DNA of 32,000 bases, taken from contig NC_003902.1 of assembly GCF_000007145.1 (NCBI RefSeq), positions 310,325 through 342,324 on the forward strand, given 5' to 3'. Below, in pieces: positions 17,071 to 25,449 of the stretch; the stretch's first letter is position 1; each line of letters opens with the position of its first letter. The notes beneath the pieces are model-generated. The model worked only from the letters and a program-made list of their open reading frames with translations. It was not told where the DNA came from and did no database searches. The DNA is from Xanthomonas campestris pv. campestris str. ATCC 33913. Its GTDB lineage: Bacteria > Pseudomonadota > Gammaproteobacteria > Xanthomonadales > Xanthomonadaceae. A program made the translations under genes and the position numbers.

Positions 17071-17103
17071 TTGCAATTAAATCGCACGCTATGTAAATTG
17101 CAG
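17071..17103 (+). promoter_or_regulatory. OhrR operator embedded in the ohrR promoter
   Basis: TTGCAATTAAAT-cgcacgct-ATGTAAATTGCAG has inverted GCAATT/AATTGC arms resembling the OhrR-family box. A -35 TTGCAA (17071-76), 17-nt spacer and -10 TAAATT (17094-99) lie inside the arms. Confidence 0.6.
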
Positions 17104-17106
17104 CCC

Positions 17107-17568
17107 ATGGACACCGCAACGCCCACCACCGATCGCACCAACGCCCTGCTGCAGCTGGACAACCAGCTCTGCTTCGCGCTGTATTCGGCCAACCTGGCGA
17201 TGCACAAGCTCTACCGCGGGCTGCTGAAGACTCTGGACCTGACCTATCCGCAGTACCTGGTGATGCTGGTGTTGTGGGAGAACGATGGCCGCAGCGTCTC
17301 GGAGATCGGCGAGCGGCTGTATCTGGATTCGGCCACGCTGACCCCGCTGCTCAAGCGGCTGGAAAGCGCCGGTCTGCTGACCCGGACCCGGGCCGCGCAC
17401 GACGAGCGCCAGGTGATCATCGGGCTTGCCGATGCCGGCCGCGCGCTGCGCAGCAAGGCGGGTGCGGTGCCGGAACAAGTCTTCTGCGCGTCGGCCTGTT
17501 CGCTGGAGGAACTGCGTCAGCTCAAGCAGGAACTGGAAAAGCTGCGTACCAGCCTGGGCGCCGCCTGA
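17107..17568 (+). CDS. ohrR: Organic hydroperoxide resistance regulator OhrR (MarR family)
   Basis: 153 aa with the sensing Cys in [17 protein letters not shown], the second Cys in FCASACS, and a winged HTH ([24 protein letters not shown]). This matches my recollection of Xanthomonas OhrR. Confidence 0.92.
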   Translation: MDTATPTTDRTNALLQLDNQLCFALYSANLAMHKLYRGLLKTLDLTYPQYLVMLVLWENDGRSVSEIGERLYLDSATLTPLLKRLESAGLLTRTRAAHDERQVIIGLADAGRALRSKAGAVPEQVFCASACSLEELRQLKQELEKLRTSLGAA

Positions 17569-17664
17569 CCAAGCCACGTCATTCATTGTTCTGCCAAACA
17601 TGTAGGGCACGATTTAATAACTCGCTATTCAATGCGCAATCCGCGCTCACTCAGGAGAACCACC

Positions 17665-18093
17665 ATGGCCTCACCCGAAAAAGTCCTCTACACCGCCCAC
17701 GCCACTGCCACCGGTGGCCGCGAAGGCCGCGCCGTGTCGTCCGACAGCGCCCTGGACGTCAAGCTCTCCACCCCGCGTGAGCTCGGCGGCGCCGGCGGCG
17801 ATGGCACCAACCCGGAGCAGCTGTTCGCAGCCGGTTATTCGGCCTGCTTCATCGGCGCGATGAAGGCCGTGGCCGCGCAGGACAAGCTCAAATTGCCGGG
17901 CGAGATCAGCATCGACGGCAGCGTCGGTATCGGCCAGATTCCGGGCGGTTTCGGTATTGCAGTGGAACTGAAGATCGCCGTGCCGGGCATGGAGCCGGCC
18001 GAGCTGCAGGCGCTGGTCGACAAGGCCCACCAGGTGTGCCCGTACTCCAATGCCACCCGCGGCAACATCGACGTCACCCTGACGCTGGCCTGA
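17665..18093 (+). CDS. ohr: Organic hydroperoxide resistance protein Ohr (OsmC/Ohr family thiol peroxidase)
   Basis: 142 aa with catalytic cysteines in AAGYSACF and [20 protein letters not shown] 6 nt upstream of the ATG. Confidence 0.93.
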   Translation: MASPEKVLYTAHATATGGREGRAVSSDSALDVKLSTPRELGGAGGDGTNPEQLFAAGYSACFIGAMKAVAAQDKLKLPGEISIDGSVGIGQIPGGFGIAVELKIAVPGMEPAELQALVDKAHQVCPYSNATRGNIDVTLTLA

Positions 18094-18113
18094 TCCTTTC
18101 CCGGATATCCCCC

Positions 18114-19145
18114 ATGAAACGCTACCCATCGTTGCTGCTGTTTGGCACGTTGGCGTCGGCAATCGGCGGCGCGCTTGCCGCGCCGACCGGTCCTGCCGCA
18201 CCGGCCGCTTCCCCGAAAGTCCAGGCCTTCCTGGACGTCCTCAACTCCGCCGGCGGCAAGCCGATGGAGCAACTCACCCCGCAGCAGGCCCGCAAGGTGC
18301 TGGTGGACGCGCAGGCCGGCGCAACCCTGCCGGCCGCCGAGGTGACCCGCAAGACGATCACCGTCGATGGCAAGCCGCTCGGGCTGGTGGTGGTCAAGCC
18401 GCCGGGCAGTGCCGGCAAGACGTAGCCGGTGTACATGTTTTTCCACGGCGGCGGTTGGGTGCTGGGCGATTTCCCGACCCATTAGCGGCTGATTCGCGAC
18501 CTGGCGCGGGCCTCGGGTGCGGCGGCGGTGTATGTGGACTACAGCCCTTCGCCGGAGGCGCGCTATCCGGTGGCGATCCACCAGGCCTATGCCGCGACCA
18601 AATGGGTGGCTGCGCACGGTGCCGAGATCGGCGTGGACGGCACGCGGTTGGCGCTGGTGGGCAACAGCGTCGGCGGCAACATGGCGGCCTCGGTCGCCCT
18701 GCAGGCCAAGGCGGCGGGCACCCCGGCCATCCGCTATGAAGTGTTGCTGTGGCCGGTAACCGATGCCGCGTTCGATAACGGCTCTTACCAGCAGTTTCAG
18801 CAGGGTTATTTCCTCAGCCGCAACATGATGCGCTGGTTCTGGGACAGCTACACCACCGACCCGGCGCAGCGCCGCGAGATCTACGCCTCGCCATTGCAGG
18901 CCAGCGTAGAACAGCTCAAGGGCTTGCCGCCGACCTTGATCCAGACCGCCGAACTGGATGTCTTGCGCGACGAAGGCGAAGCCTACGGCCGCAAGCTCGA
19001 CCAGGCCGGCGTGGAGGTCACCGTGATCCGCTACAACGGCCTGATTCACGACTACGGCTTGCTCAACGCACTCAGCGATGTGCCGGCCGTCCGTACCGCG
19101 ATCCGTCAGGCCGGCGACGCGTTGCAGCAGCACCTGGCCAAGTAA
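18114..19145 (+). pseudogene. Hormone-sensitive-lipase-family esterase/lipase (signal peptide, HGGGW, GNSVGG) interrupted by two in-frame TAG codons
   Basis: A single reading frame (positions = 0 mod 3) runs 18114..19145. TAG at 18423-18425 and TAG at 18483-18485 bracket PVYMFFHGGGWVLGDFPTH. Otherwise all catalytic motifs are intact (GxSxG GNSVGG, Asp in ELDVLRDEG, His in GLIHDY). Confidence 0.8.
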
Positions 19146-19269
19146 GGGCGGCTAACAAAACGTAGCGAGCAGTCGTCAGGTGGGTGCGGACGGCGCGGAG
19201 GAACCGGAGTGTCCGTGGGTACATGCCGATTCCGAGCACCGGCCGCGCCCGCCTGGCGGCTGCGCAGCA

Positions 19270-19288
19270 GTTTTGATAGCTGCTCTAA
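19270..19288 (+). repeat. Direct repeat copy A (GTTTTGATAGCTGCTCTAA); copy B lies at 19602..19620 (GTTTTGTCAGCTGCTCTAA)
   Basis: 17 of 19 positions identical, same orientation, 332 nt apart, in a stretch with no convincing ORF. Confidence 0.7.
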
Positions 19289-19732
19289 TGCCGCACTGCT
19301 GGGCCGATAGCTGCGGCGTGGGCGTGTCTGCCTGCGCGGCGCAGGCCACCAGCCACAGCAGCGGGAGCAGGAAAACGCTGGGACGTATCGCACGCGCTTC
19401 GGGTCGGGGATTGCAGCATCGGGCAGTGGGCGCCGCTGCGCCATGGACAGAAAGTCAGGGTGCCGACAGGGGGGATCCGGCCAATGGTGGGTGTGAGACC
19501 AGCGATCAAGGCGACCGGGCAGCCGCAAGGCGGGCGCGGCCGGCGCCTGGACCCGCATGGACCCGTTGCTCCGCGGCGCCTGTACCGATGACGCGCCCCA
19601 TGTTTTGTCAGCTGCTCTAAAGCGTGAACCGGGTCGAGCATCTGCGTCATGACATCGTGCAAACGACTGGATCACTGGATTCTCACGGCGTATGGTGTGA
19701 ATTATGTTGCACAGCAGCATCGGAGCCCCGCA

Positions 19733-20149
19733 ATGCTCGACTCACGCATCGAAAAGGTTGACCTGGCACTGACCGAGATCGCCCAGGACCCATCGGAGAA
19801 GGTGGCACTGTGGCAATGGGCCTGCCGCGAAATGCTGCATGAGACGCTGATCGGCATGCACCAGCTCTCGCATCTGGCCGGCATTGCACGGCACGTGGCC
19901 AACGACTGGCGCGCCCCGGTGGATGTGATCGCACCCGCAAAGCCCTACCTGGCGCCGTCGGCACTGGCCGACCGGCGCCTGCCGCAGGTGCTCGATGGCT
20001 TGGGCAGCACCCAGGACGACGCTGACCGCGCCAGCCTGTGGCGGCTACGCTACGCCAGCCTGATCGCCTCCACGCTGCAAGGCATGCAGGCGCTGGCCGA
20101 AAAGCACCGCATCGATCGCCAAGCGATGGCGATCAGCCAGTTGAATTGA
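19733..20149 (+). CDS. Hypothetical protein (138 aa, helical, slightly acidic); no family recognised
   Basis: High G/C third-position bias, a CGGAG RBS 7 nt upstream of the ATG at 19733, and a strong terminator immediately downstream. Track ORF 19649..20149 was trimmed. Confidence 0.6.
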   Translation: MLDSRIEKVDLALTEIAQDPSEKVALWQWACREMLHETLIGMHQLSHLAGIARHVANDWRAPVDVIAPAKPYLAPSALADRRLPQVLDGLGSTQDDADRASLWRLRYASLIASTLQGMQALAEKHRIDRQAMAISQLN

Positions 20150-20164
20150 TTCGCAGCAGTAACG

Positions 20165-20192
20165 GTCGGCGCGCTGCGCCGACAGCTGTTTT
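20165..20192 (+). terminator. Rho-independent terminator (GTCGGCGC-gct-GCGCCGAC followed by agcTGTTTT)
   Basis: Perfect 8-bp GC stem, 3-nt loop and T-run, 16 nt after the stop at 20149. Confidence 0.7.
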
Positions 20193-20330
20193 CCAAGTGA
20201 TACGCAAGTTGGTGCGCGTCAAACGCACGCGCAAGTCGCTAGAGCACAACGCAGTGCGCAGCCTGCGCACTAGCGCACCCTGCAACGTCCAAGCGCGACG
20301 CGCTTGAGGTGAGTGACGCGCGCAATGCGC

Positions 20331-20633
20331 CTAGTGACGCACCGCAGCGTCTTCCATATGCCGCCATGCCTGCCGCACGATCCAGCGCGCCTGATCCCAG
20401 GGCACCGATAACGTGGGCTGATACCGGTAGTAGCCATCCTGAAGAACTCGATACAGCTGCGCCTCGGTGGCGCGTGGGTAGGCCAGGTAGATGTCGTAGC
20501 CGAGCGTGAGCACGCGTGCGTAATCGGCGAAGTCATAGCCGCCCAGATGACCCTCGGCGTGGATGCCGCGCCAGTAGGAAATCTCGGCGTCGACATTGAC
20601 GACGCGCTGGGTCGAAACAGATGCGGTGTGCAT
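20331..20633 (-). CDS. Small conserved hypothetical protein (100 aa, Tyr/Trp-rich)
   Basis: MHTASVSTQRVVNVDAEISYWRGIH...GYDFADYARVLTLGYDIYLAY...WDQARWIVRQAWRHMEDAAVRH. A GGAG RBS lies 8 nt upstream of the ATG at 20633. Track ORF 20331..20882 was trimmed. Confidence 0.55.
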   Translation of the reverse strand: MHTASVSTQRVVNVDAEISYWRGIHAEGHLGGYDFADYARVLTLGYDIYLAYPRATEAQLYRVLQDGYYRYQPTLSVPWDQARWIVRQAWRHMEDAAVRH

Positions 20634-20796
20634 GGGTAGGACTCCGTGGTCGAGACTACCCCCCCTGTTTTTGCACCCTAGCAGCGCCTTGGCCGCGCAG
20701 CCAGCGCATGGCGACGAGCGGTGCAGCAGTACCGCAAAACCCGCACCGGCAGCGTGCCGGTACGGATGCAAACCCTCGCGTGTGTCGCAGTCAGGC

Positions 20797-21600
20797 TCAG
20801 TCCCAGTCGGGCGCAATCGCTTTCGGGTTGGCCAGGCGTTCGCCACGGTCCAGCGCGGCGATCTCGGCCATGTCCTGCTCACTCAGGTGCAGGCTCTGCG
20901 CCTTGAGGTTGCTTTCCAGATTCGCCCGCTTGGTCGAGGACGGAATTACCGAATAGCCCTGCTGCAGGGCCCAGGCCAGCGTGACCTGCGCCGGCGTGGC
21001 GTCGTGGCGCCTGGCGATCGCCTGGATTACCGGATCCTTGAGCACTTCGCCCACGGCCAGGGTCATGTACGAGGTGACATGGATGCCCTGCTCGCGCAGG
21101 AACGCGATCAGCGTGCGGTTCTGCAGGTACGGATGCACTTCGATCTGGTTGGTGGCGATCGCATCGGCGCCGAGGATCTCGATTGCCTGGCGCGTGAGCG
21201 CAATGGTGAAGTTGGAGACACCGATCGCGCGGGTCAGCCCCTGCGCCTTGGCATCGGCCAGCGCCTCCAGATACTCGCGCATCGGCACCTGGTCCTTGGG
21301 CGAGGGCCAGTGGATCAGGGTGAGGTCGACATAATCGGTGCCGAGCTTGCGCAGGCTTTCCTGCAGGCTGGGTTGCAGCGTGTCGCGGCTGAACCGGTCC
21401 ACCCAGATCTTGGTGGTCACAAACAGCTGATCGCGCGGCACGCCGGCATCGGCAATGGCCTGGCCAACCTGCGCTTCGTTGTCGTAGATCTGTGCGGTAT
21501 CGATGGCGCGATACCCCAGCGCCAGTGCGTTGCGCACCGAGTCGATGACAACCTGGTCCTTGAGGCGAAACGTACCGAGGCCAAATGCGGGGACAGTCAT
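20797..21600 (-). CDS. dkgB: Aldo/keto reductase, 2,5-diketo-D-gluconate reductase B-like
   Basis: 267 aa with [22 protein letters not shown] and [15 protein letters not shown], the AKR catalytic tetrad context. Confidence 0.8.
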   Translation of the reverse strand: MTVPAFGLGTFRLKDQVVIDSVRNALALGYRAIDTAQIYDNEAQVGQAIADAGVPRDQLFVTTKIWVDRFSRDTLQPSLQESLRKLGTDYVDLTLIHWPSPKDQVPMREYLEALADAKAQGLTRAIGVSNFTIALTRQAIEILGADAIATNQIEVHPYLQNRTLIAFLREQGIHVTSYMTLAVGEVLKDPVIQAIARRHDATPAQVTLAWALQQGYSVIPSSTKRANLESNLKAQSLHLSEQDMAEIAALDRGERLANPKAIAPDWD

Positions 21601-21667
21601 GAGGTTCCTTGCGTGTTGGGAGGTGGTAAATGAAGCAGTGATACGGATGCAGGTATGGCAGCGCGAC

Positions 21668-22696
21668 TCAGTCGAGTGCGACCACGGCCTTGCCGAAGTT
21701 TTCGCCGCGCAGCAGGCTGATCAGCCCTTGTGGTGCGCTGTCCAGGCCGTGCAGCACGTGCTCGCGGTACTGGATCTTGTCCTCGCGCAGCCACTGGCCC
21801 ATTTCGCGTAAAAACGCCGGCATCAGGCGGATGAAATCGTGCTGGATGAAGCCGCGCACGGTCAGGCGCTTGCGCAGCACCTGGCCGATGAAATCAGGCA
21901 GCCGATCCGGCCCGGGCGCGACCTGGCCGCGGCTGTTGTAGGTGGCCACCACGCCGCACACCGGGATGCGCGCGAAATCGTTGAGCTGCGGCATCACCGC
22001 ATCGAACACCTTGCCGCCGACGTTTTCGAAATAGACGTCGATGCCGTCCGGCGTGGCGGCGCGCAATTGCGCGGCAAAATCCTCGGCGCGGTGATCCAGC
22101 GCCACGTCGACACGCAGCGTGTCGCGCAGGTAGCGGACTTTTTCTTCGCCACCGGCGATGGCCACCACGCGCAGCCCTTGCAGGCGCGCCAGCTGGGCCA
22201 CGGTGGCACCGACCGGCCCGCTGGCCGCCGCCACCACCAGGGTTTCGCCGGCTTGCGGCTTGCCGATCTCGTGCAGGCCGGCGTAAGCGGTGAAGCCGGG
22301 CATGCCGTACACACCGAGCGCGGTGCTCAACGGCAGCGCATCGTCCTTGGGCAGCTTGCGCAGCGGCGCGGTGGGCTCCAGCACGGTGTGGGTCTGCCAG
22401 CCGCCGCCCAGCACCAGGAGCTCGCCTGGGTGGTAATCGGGATGGTTCGATTCCAGCACCTCGCCCACGGTGCCGCCTTCCATGACCGCATCGATGGCGA
22501 CCGGCGCGGCGTACGAGGGGCCTTCGTCCATGCGACCGCGCATGTACGGGTCCAGTGACAAAAAGCGATTGCGGACCAGGATCTGGTTGTGCCCGGTTGG
22601 CGGCACCGGGGCGTCTTCGATGCGGAAGTTGTCGGTGCCGGGTTCGCCGTGCGGGCGTGAGGCCAGCACGATGCGGCGGTTGGTGAGCGATGTCAT
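21668..22696 (-). CDS. NADP-dependent alkenal/one oxidoreductase (MDR superfamily, YncB/CurA/PTGR-like)
   Basis: 342 aa from [28 protein letters not shown]. Cofactor loop [26 protein letters not shown]. Track ORF 21668..22864 was trimmed. Confidence 0.8.
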   Translation of the reverse strand: MTSLTNRRIVLASRPHGEPGTDNFRIEDAPVPPTGHNQILVRNRFLSLDPYMRGRMDEGPSYAAPVAIDAVMEGGTVGEVLESNHPDYHPGELLVLGGGWQTHTVLEPTAPLRKLPKDDALPLSTALGVYGMPGFTAYAGLHEIGKPQAGETLVVAAASGPVGATVAQLARLQGLRVVAIAGGEEKVRYLRDTLRVDVALDHRAEDFAAQLRAATPDGIDVYFENVGGKVFDAVMPQLNDFARIPVCGVVATYNSRGQVAPGPDRLPDFIGQVLRKRLTVRGFIQHDFIRLMPAFLREMGQWLREDKIQYREHVLHGLDSAPQGLISLLRGENFGKAVVALD

Positions 22697-22808
22697 GCGA
22701 ATTCCTCGCGGAAGGGACCGCGCAAGGCGCGGTCGTGGGGGCACAGCCGCCGTGCGGCTGCGCGAGGTGAGTGAATGGCGAGCGCGGTGGCGCAGTGGCT
22801 GATGCGGA

Positions 22809-23777
22809 TCAGGCGCCGGCTGGTTCCGCTGCGCTGGCCTCGTCGAGCTGCGCGATCTGCGCATCGCTGAGCGTGATCTGCCCGGCCGCCAGCACGTCCT
22901 GCAACTGGGTCACGCTGGTGGCGCTGACGATCGGCGCGGTGACACTGGGGCGCGCGATCAACCACGCCAGCGCAATCTGTGCAGGCGTGGCGGTGTGGGT
23001 GGCGGCCAGATCATCCAGCGCCTGCAGGATGCGCAAGCCACGCGGATTGACGTATTGCTTGACCACCGAGGCACCACGCGCGCTGCTCTTGCCGGCGTCA
23101 TCGGCGCTGCGGTACTTGCCGGTGAGAAAACCGCTGGCCAGCGAGTAGTAACTGATCACGCCCAGGCCGCGTTCCTGCACCAGCGGTTCCAATTCCTCTT
23201 CGAAGCCGGCGCGGTCGTAGAGGTTGTATTCGGGCTGCAGGCTTTCATAGCGCGGCAGGTTGTATTGCGCCGACACATCCAGCGCATCGCGCAGGCGCGC
23301 TGCCGTGTAGTTGGAGGCGCCGATCGCACGCACCTTGCCCTGTTCGATCAGCCGGCCGAATGCCGCCAGCGTGGCTTCCAGCGGAATCGATTCGTCGTCT
23401 TCGTGTGCCTGGTACAGATCGATCACATCGGTCTGCAGGCGCGACAGCGAATCTTCCACCGCCGCTGCGATGTTGTCCGGCGACAGGCCCGGGTGTTCGC
23501 TCCACTTGGCGACCTTGGTGGCGATCAGCACCTTGTCGCGTTTGCCGCTGCGGGCCAGCCAGCGGCCGATGATGGTTTCCGATTCGCCACCGCGATTGCC
23601 GGGCACCCAACCGGAGTACGCGTCGGCGGTATCGATCATGTTGAAGCCGGCATCGACGAAGGCGTCGAGCAACGCGAACGAGGTGGCCTCGTCGGCGCTC
23701 CAGCCAAACACGTTGCCACCGAACACGATCGGCTGGACTTGCAGGCCGGAGCGGCCAAGCGCACGGGAGTGGGGCAT
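22809..23777 (-). CDS. Aldo/keto reductase (Tas/YajO-like)
   Basis: 322 aa from MPHSRALGRSGLQVQPIVFGGNVFG with IDTADAYS. AGGAG RBS. Track ORF 22809..23864 was trimmed. Confidence 0.8.
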   Translation of the reverse strand: MPHSRALGRSGLQVQPIVFGGNVFGWSADEATSFALLDAFVDAGFNMIDTADAYSGWVPGNRGGESETIIGRWLARSGKRDKVLIATKVAKWSEHPGLSPDNIAAAVEDSLSRLQTDVIDLYQAHEDDESIPLEATLAAFGRLIEQGKVRAIGASNYTAARLRDALDVSAQYNLPRYESLQPEYNLYDRAGFEEELEPLVQERGLGVISYYSLASGFLTGKYRSADDAGKSSARGASVVKQYVNPRGLRILQALDDLAATHTATPAQIALAWLIARPSVTAPIVSATSVTQLQDVLAAGQITLSDAQIAQLDEASAAEPAGA

Positions 23778-23972
23778 CACAGGGCTCCTGTTTCGAACTG
23801 ACCACAGGATAGTCATGCCCGGTGCTGTTGCGTGTGACATCGGTGTGGATTCAGCGTTCCGCACACCGCGCTGCCGCGCTCACGGAAATTGAACACACCG
23901 CGCCAGGCGTGCGTGGTGCGGTGCAGCCTGCATGCTAGGCTCGCGCTACTTTTCCCGGAGGAGGGCGCTGCG

Positions 23973-24827
23973 ATGATCCGCAACAAACTGGCCTGTGCAT
24001 GCGTGGTAGGTGTGACATTGGCGATGAGCGCGCCGTTGGTGATGGCGATGAAGCCGGCGGACACCGCCACGCTTCCCGCTCCCGACGCGGCGTTGCAGGC
24101 GGCTATTGATGGCACGTGGCGCGACCGCGTGTACGTGCAGCGCGACGTGTACCGCCACCCGGGCCAGACGCTGGCCTTCTTCGGCATCAAGCCCACCCAG
24201 ACCGTTATCGAGATCACCCCCGGTGGTGGCTGGTATTCGGAAATCCTGGCGCCGTACCTGCGCGAGAAGGGCAAGTACGTGGGTGCGGTGGTCGACCCGG
24301 CCGCGGTGCCGGAAGGGCGCAGCCGCGACTACGCGCAGCGTGCACGCGACGGCTTGGAAAAGAAGTTCACGGCAAAGCCGGACATCTACGGCAAGCCCAC
24401 CCTGGTGGCGTACAACCCGACCGCGCCCAGCTTTGGTGCGGACAATTCTGCAGACCTGGTGCTGACCTTCCGCAACGTGCACAACTGGCGCATGGCGGGC
24501 CAGGCCGAGTCGATGTTCAAGAGCTTCTACAAGGTGCTCAAGCCCGGCGGCGTGCTCGGTGTGGTCGAGCACCGTGCCAAGACCGATGTGCCGGCCGATG
24601 ACAATAGCGGCTACGTGGGCCAGGCGCAGGTGATCGCCATGGCCGAGGCGGCCGGCTTCACCCTGGCCGGCAAGAGCGAGCTCAATGCCAACCCGCGCGA
24701 CACCAAGGACTACCCGGGGGGCGTGTGGACATTGCCGCCGAGCAACAGCCACGACGCAGCCGACGCTGCCAAGTACAAGGCGATCGGTGAGAGCGACCGC
24801 ATGACCCTGAAGTTCGTCAAGCGCTGA
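23973..24827 (+). CDS. Class I SAM-dependent methyltransferase-fold protein with an N-terminal signal peptide (COG4798-like)
   Basis: MIRNKLACACVVGVTLAMSAPLVMA signal-like N-terminus, motif I VIEITPGGGWYSEIL, and LKPGGVLGVVEH. GGAGGAG RBS. Confidence 0.75.
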   Translation: MIRNKLACACVVGVTLAMSAPLVMAMKPADTATLPAPDAALQAAIDGTWRDRVYVQRDVYRHPGQTLAFFGIKPTQTVIEITPGGGWYSEILAPYLREKGKYVGAVVDPAAVPEGRSRDYAQRARDGLEKKFTAKPDIYGKPTLVAYNPTAPSFGADNSADLVLTFRNVHNWRMAGQAESMFKSFYKVLKPGGVLGVVEHRAKTDVPADDNSGYVGQAQVIAMAEAAGFTLAGKSELNANPRDTKDYPGGVWTLPPSNSHDAADAAKYKAIGESDRMTLKFVKR

Positions 24828-24900
24828 TCGCGGCGATGCGGTGGCTGCGCCGGTCAATGGGCTGGCGCAGCTTCTGCTGGGTTGATGGCAGTTGGTAAGT

Positions 24901-24937
24901 GGCGCGGCACTCTGCGTGTCTGCGCCATTTTTTTGTT
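24901..24937 (+). terminator. Rho-independent terminator (GGCGCGGCAC-tctgc-GTGTCTGCGCC followed by ATTTTTTTG)
   Basis: 10-bp stem with one bulge followed by T7, 74 nt after the methyltransferase stop. Confidence 0.65.
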
Positions 24938-25070
24938 GCTTTGAATTGGCTCAGGGCGTGGTGAGTGCTGCGCATTGCGGTGTACTTTTTGACGCATCAG
25001 TGCGCCGATGTAAGGCGTCTTGCAATGAGATCGACGAATTGCTCACTGATTTAATTCGTGAGTCGTAATT

Positions 25071-25107
25071 CGCAAACCGCAAACCGCAAACCGCAAACCG
25101 CAAACCG
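25071..25107. repeat. Heptanucleotide tandem repeat (CGCAAAC) x5.3
   Basis: cgcaaac cgcaaac cgcaaac cgcaaac cgcaaac cg, read directly from the sequence. Confidence 0.95.
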
Positions 25108-25126
25108 TATGAGCCGTAGATACTGG

Positions 25127-25148
25127 GTGCAGTGCACGTGCACGTGCA
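25127..25148. repeat. Hexanucleotide tandem repeat (GTGCAC) about x3.5; each unit is self-complementary
   Basis: gtgca gtgcac gtgcac gtgca, read directly from the sequence. Confidence 0.9.
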
Positions 25149-25449
25149 GAGCCGCTGAGCTACGCCGTACATGTATCACCGACACTTCGCTAAGGATCGG
25201 CGATGCGGGGTAACGGCGGATCAGCAGCCGCGAGCATGAGTGCTTGGTTGAAGCGATCGCACATGCTGTGCGACCTCCCAGAGGGAGTGGTGCCTTCGGG
25301 AACCAGGCAATAGCGCTTCATCGCCGTCGTCAGCGTGTGCCATGGAATGTGGAGTGCGCACCGCAGCTCCATGTGCTGACCGCGATTTCCCACGCGCTGC
25401 CGATTGCCCGATCATGTTGCCTTCCGCGATCTGCCTGGATGGGCTCCTG

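Noticed and set aside
18423-18485. Programmed amber read-through or pyrrolysine-type recoding of the two TAG codons
   Set aside because: There are no pyl genes or recoding signals in the window. Such recoding is not known in this lineage. Plain nonsense mutations or a sequence error are far more likely. I kept this only as a remote alternative in the finding.
19146-19732. Insertion sequence or MITE
   Set aside because: The repeats are direct, not terminal inverted. No transposase-like ORF and no recognisable IS ends were seen.
25071-25148. Possible CRISPR array or coding repeats (track ORF 24951..25172)
   Set aside because: The units are 6-7 nt with no spacers, so this is a microsatellite and not CRISPR. 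The 73-aa ORF simply translates the repeats (CGLRFAVCGLRFA, CTCTCT).
25414-25449. Upstream ATG at 25414 as the rluE start
   Set aside because: It adds 12 residues (MLPSAICLDGLL) with no RBS. Family members start close to the LLNKPYG motif. It is not excluded, and I listed it as an alternative.
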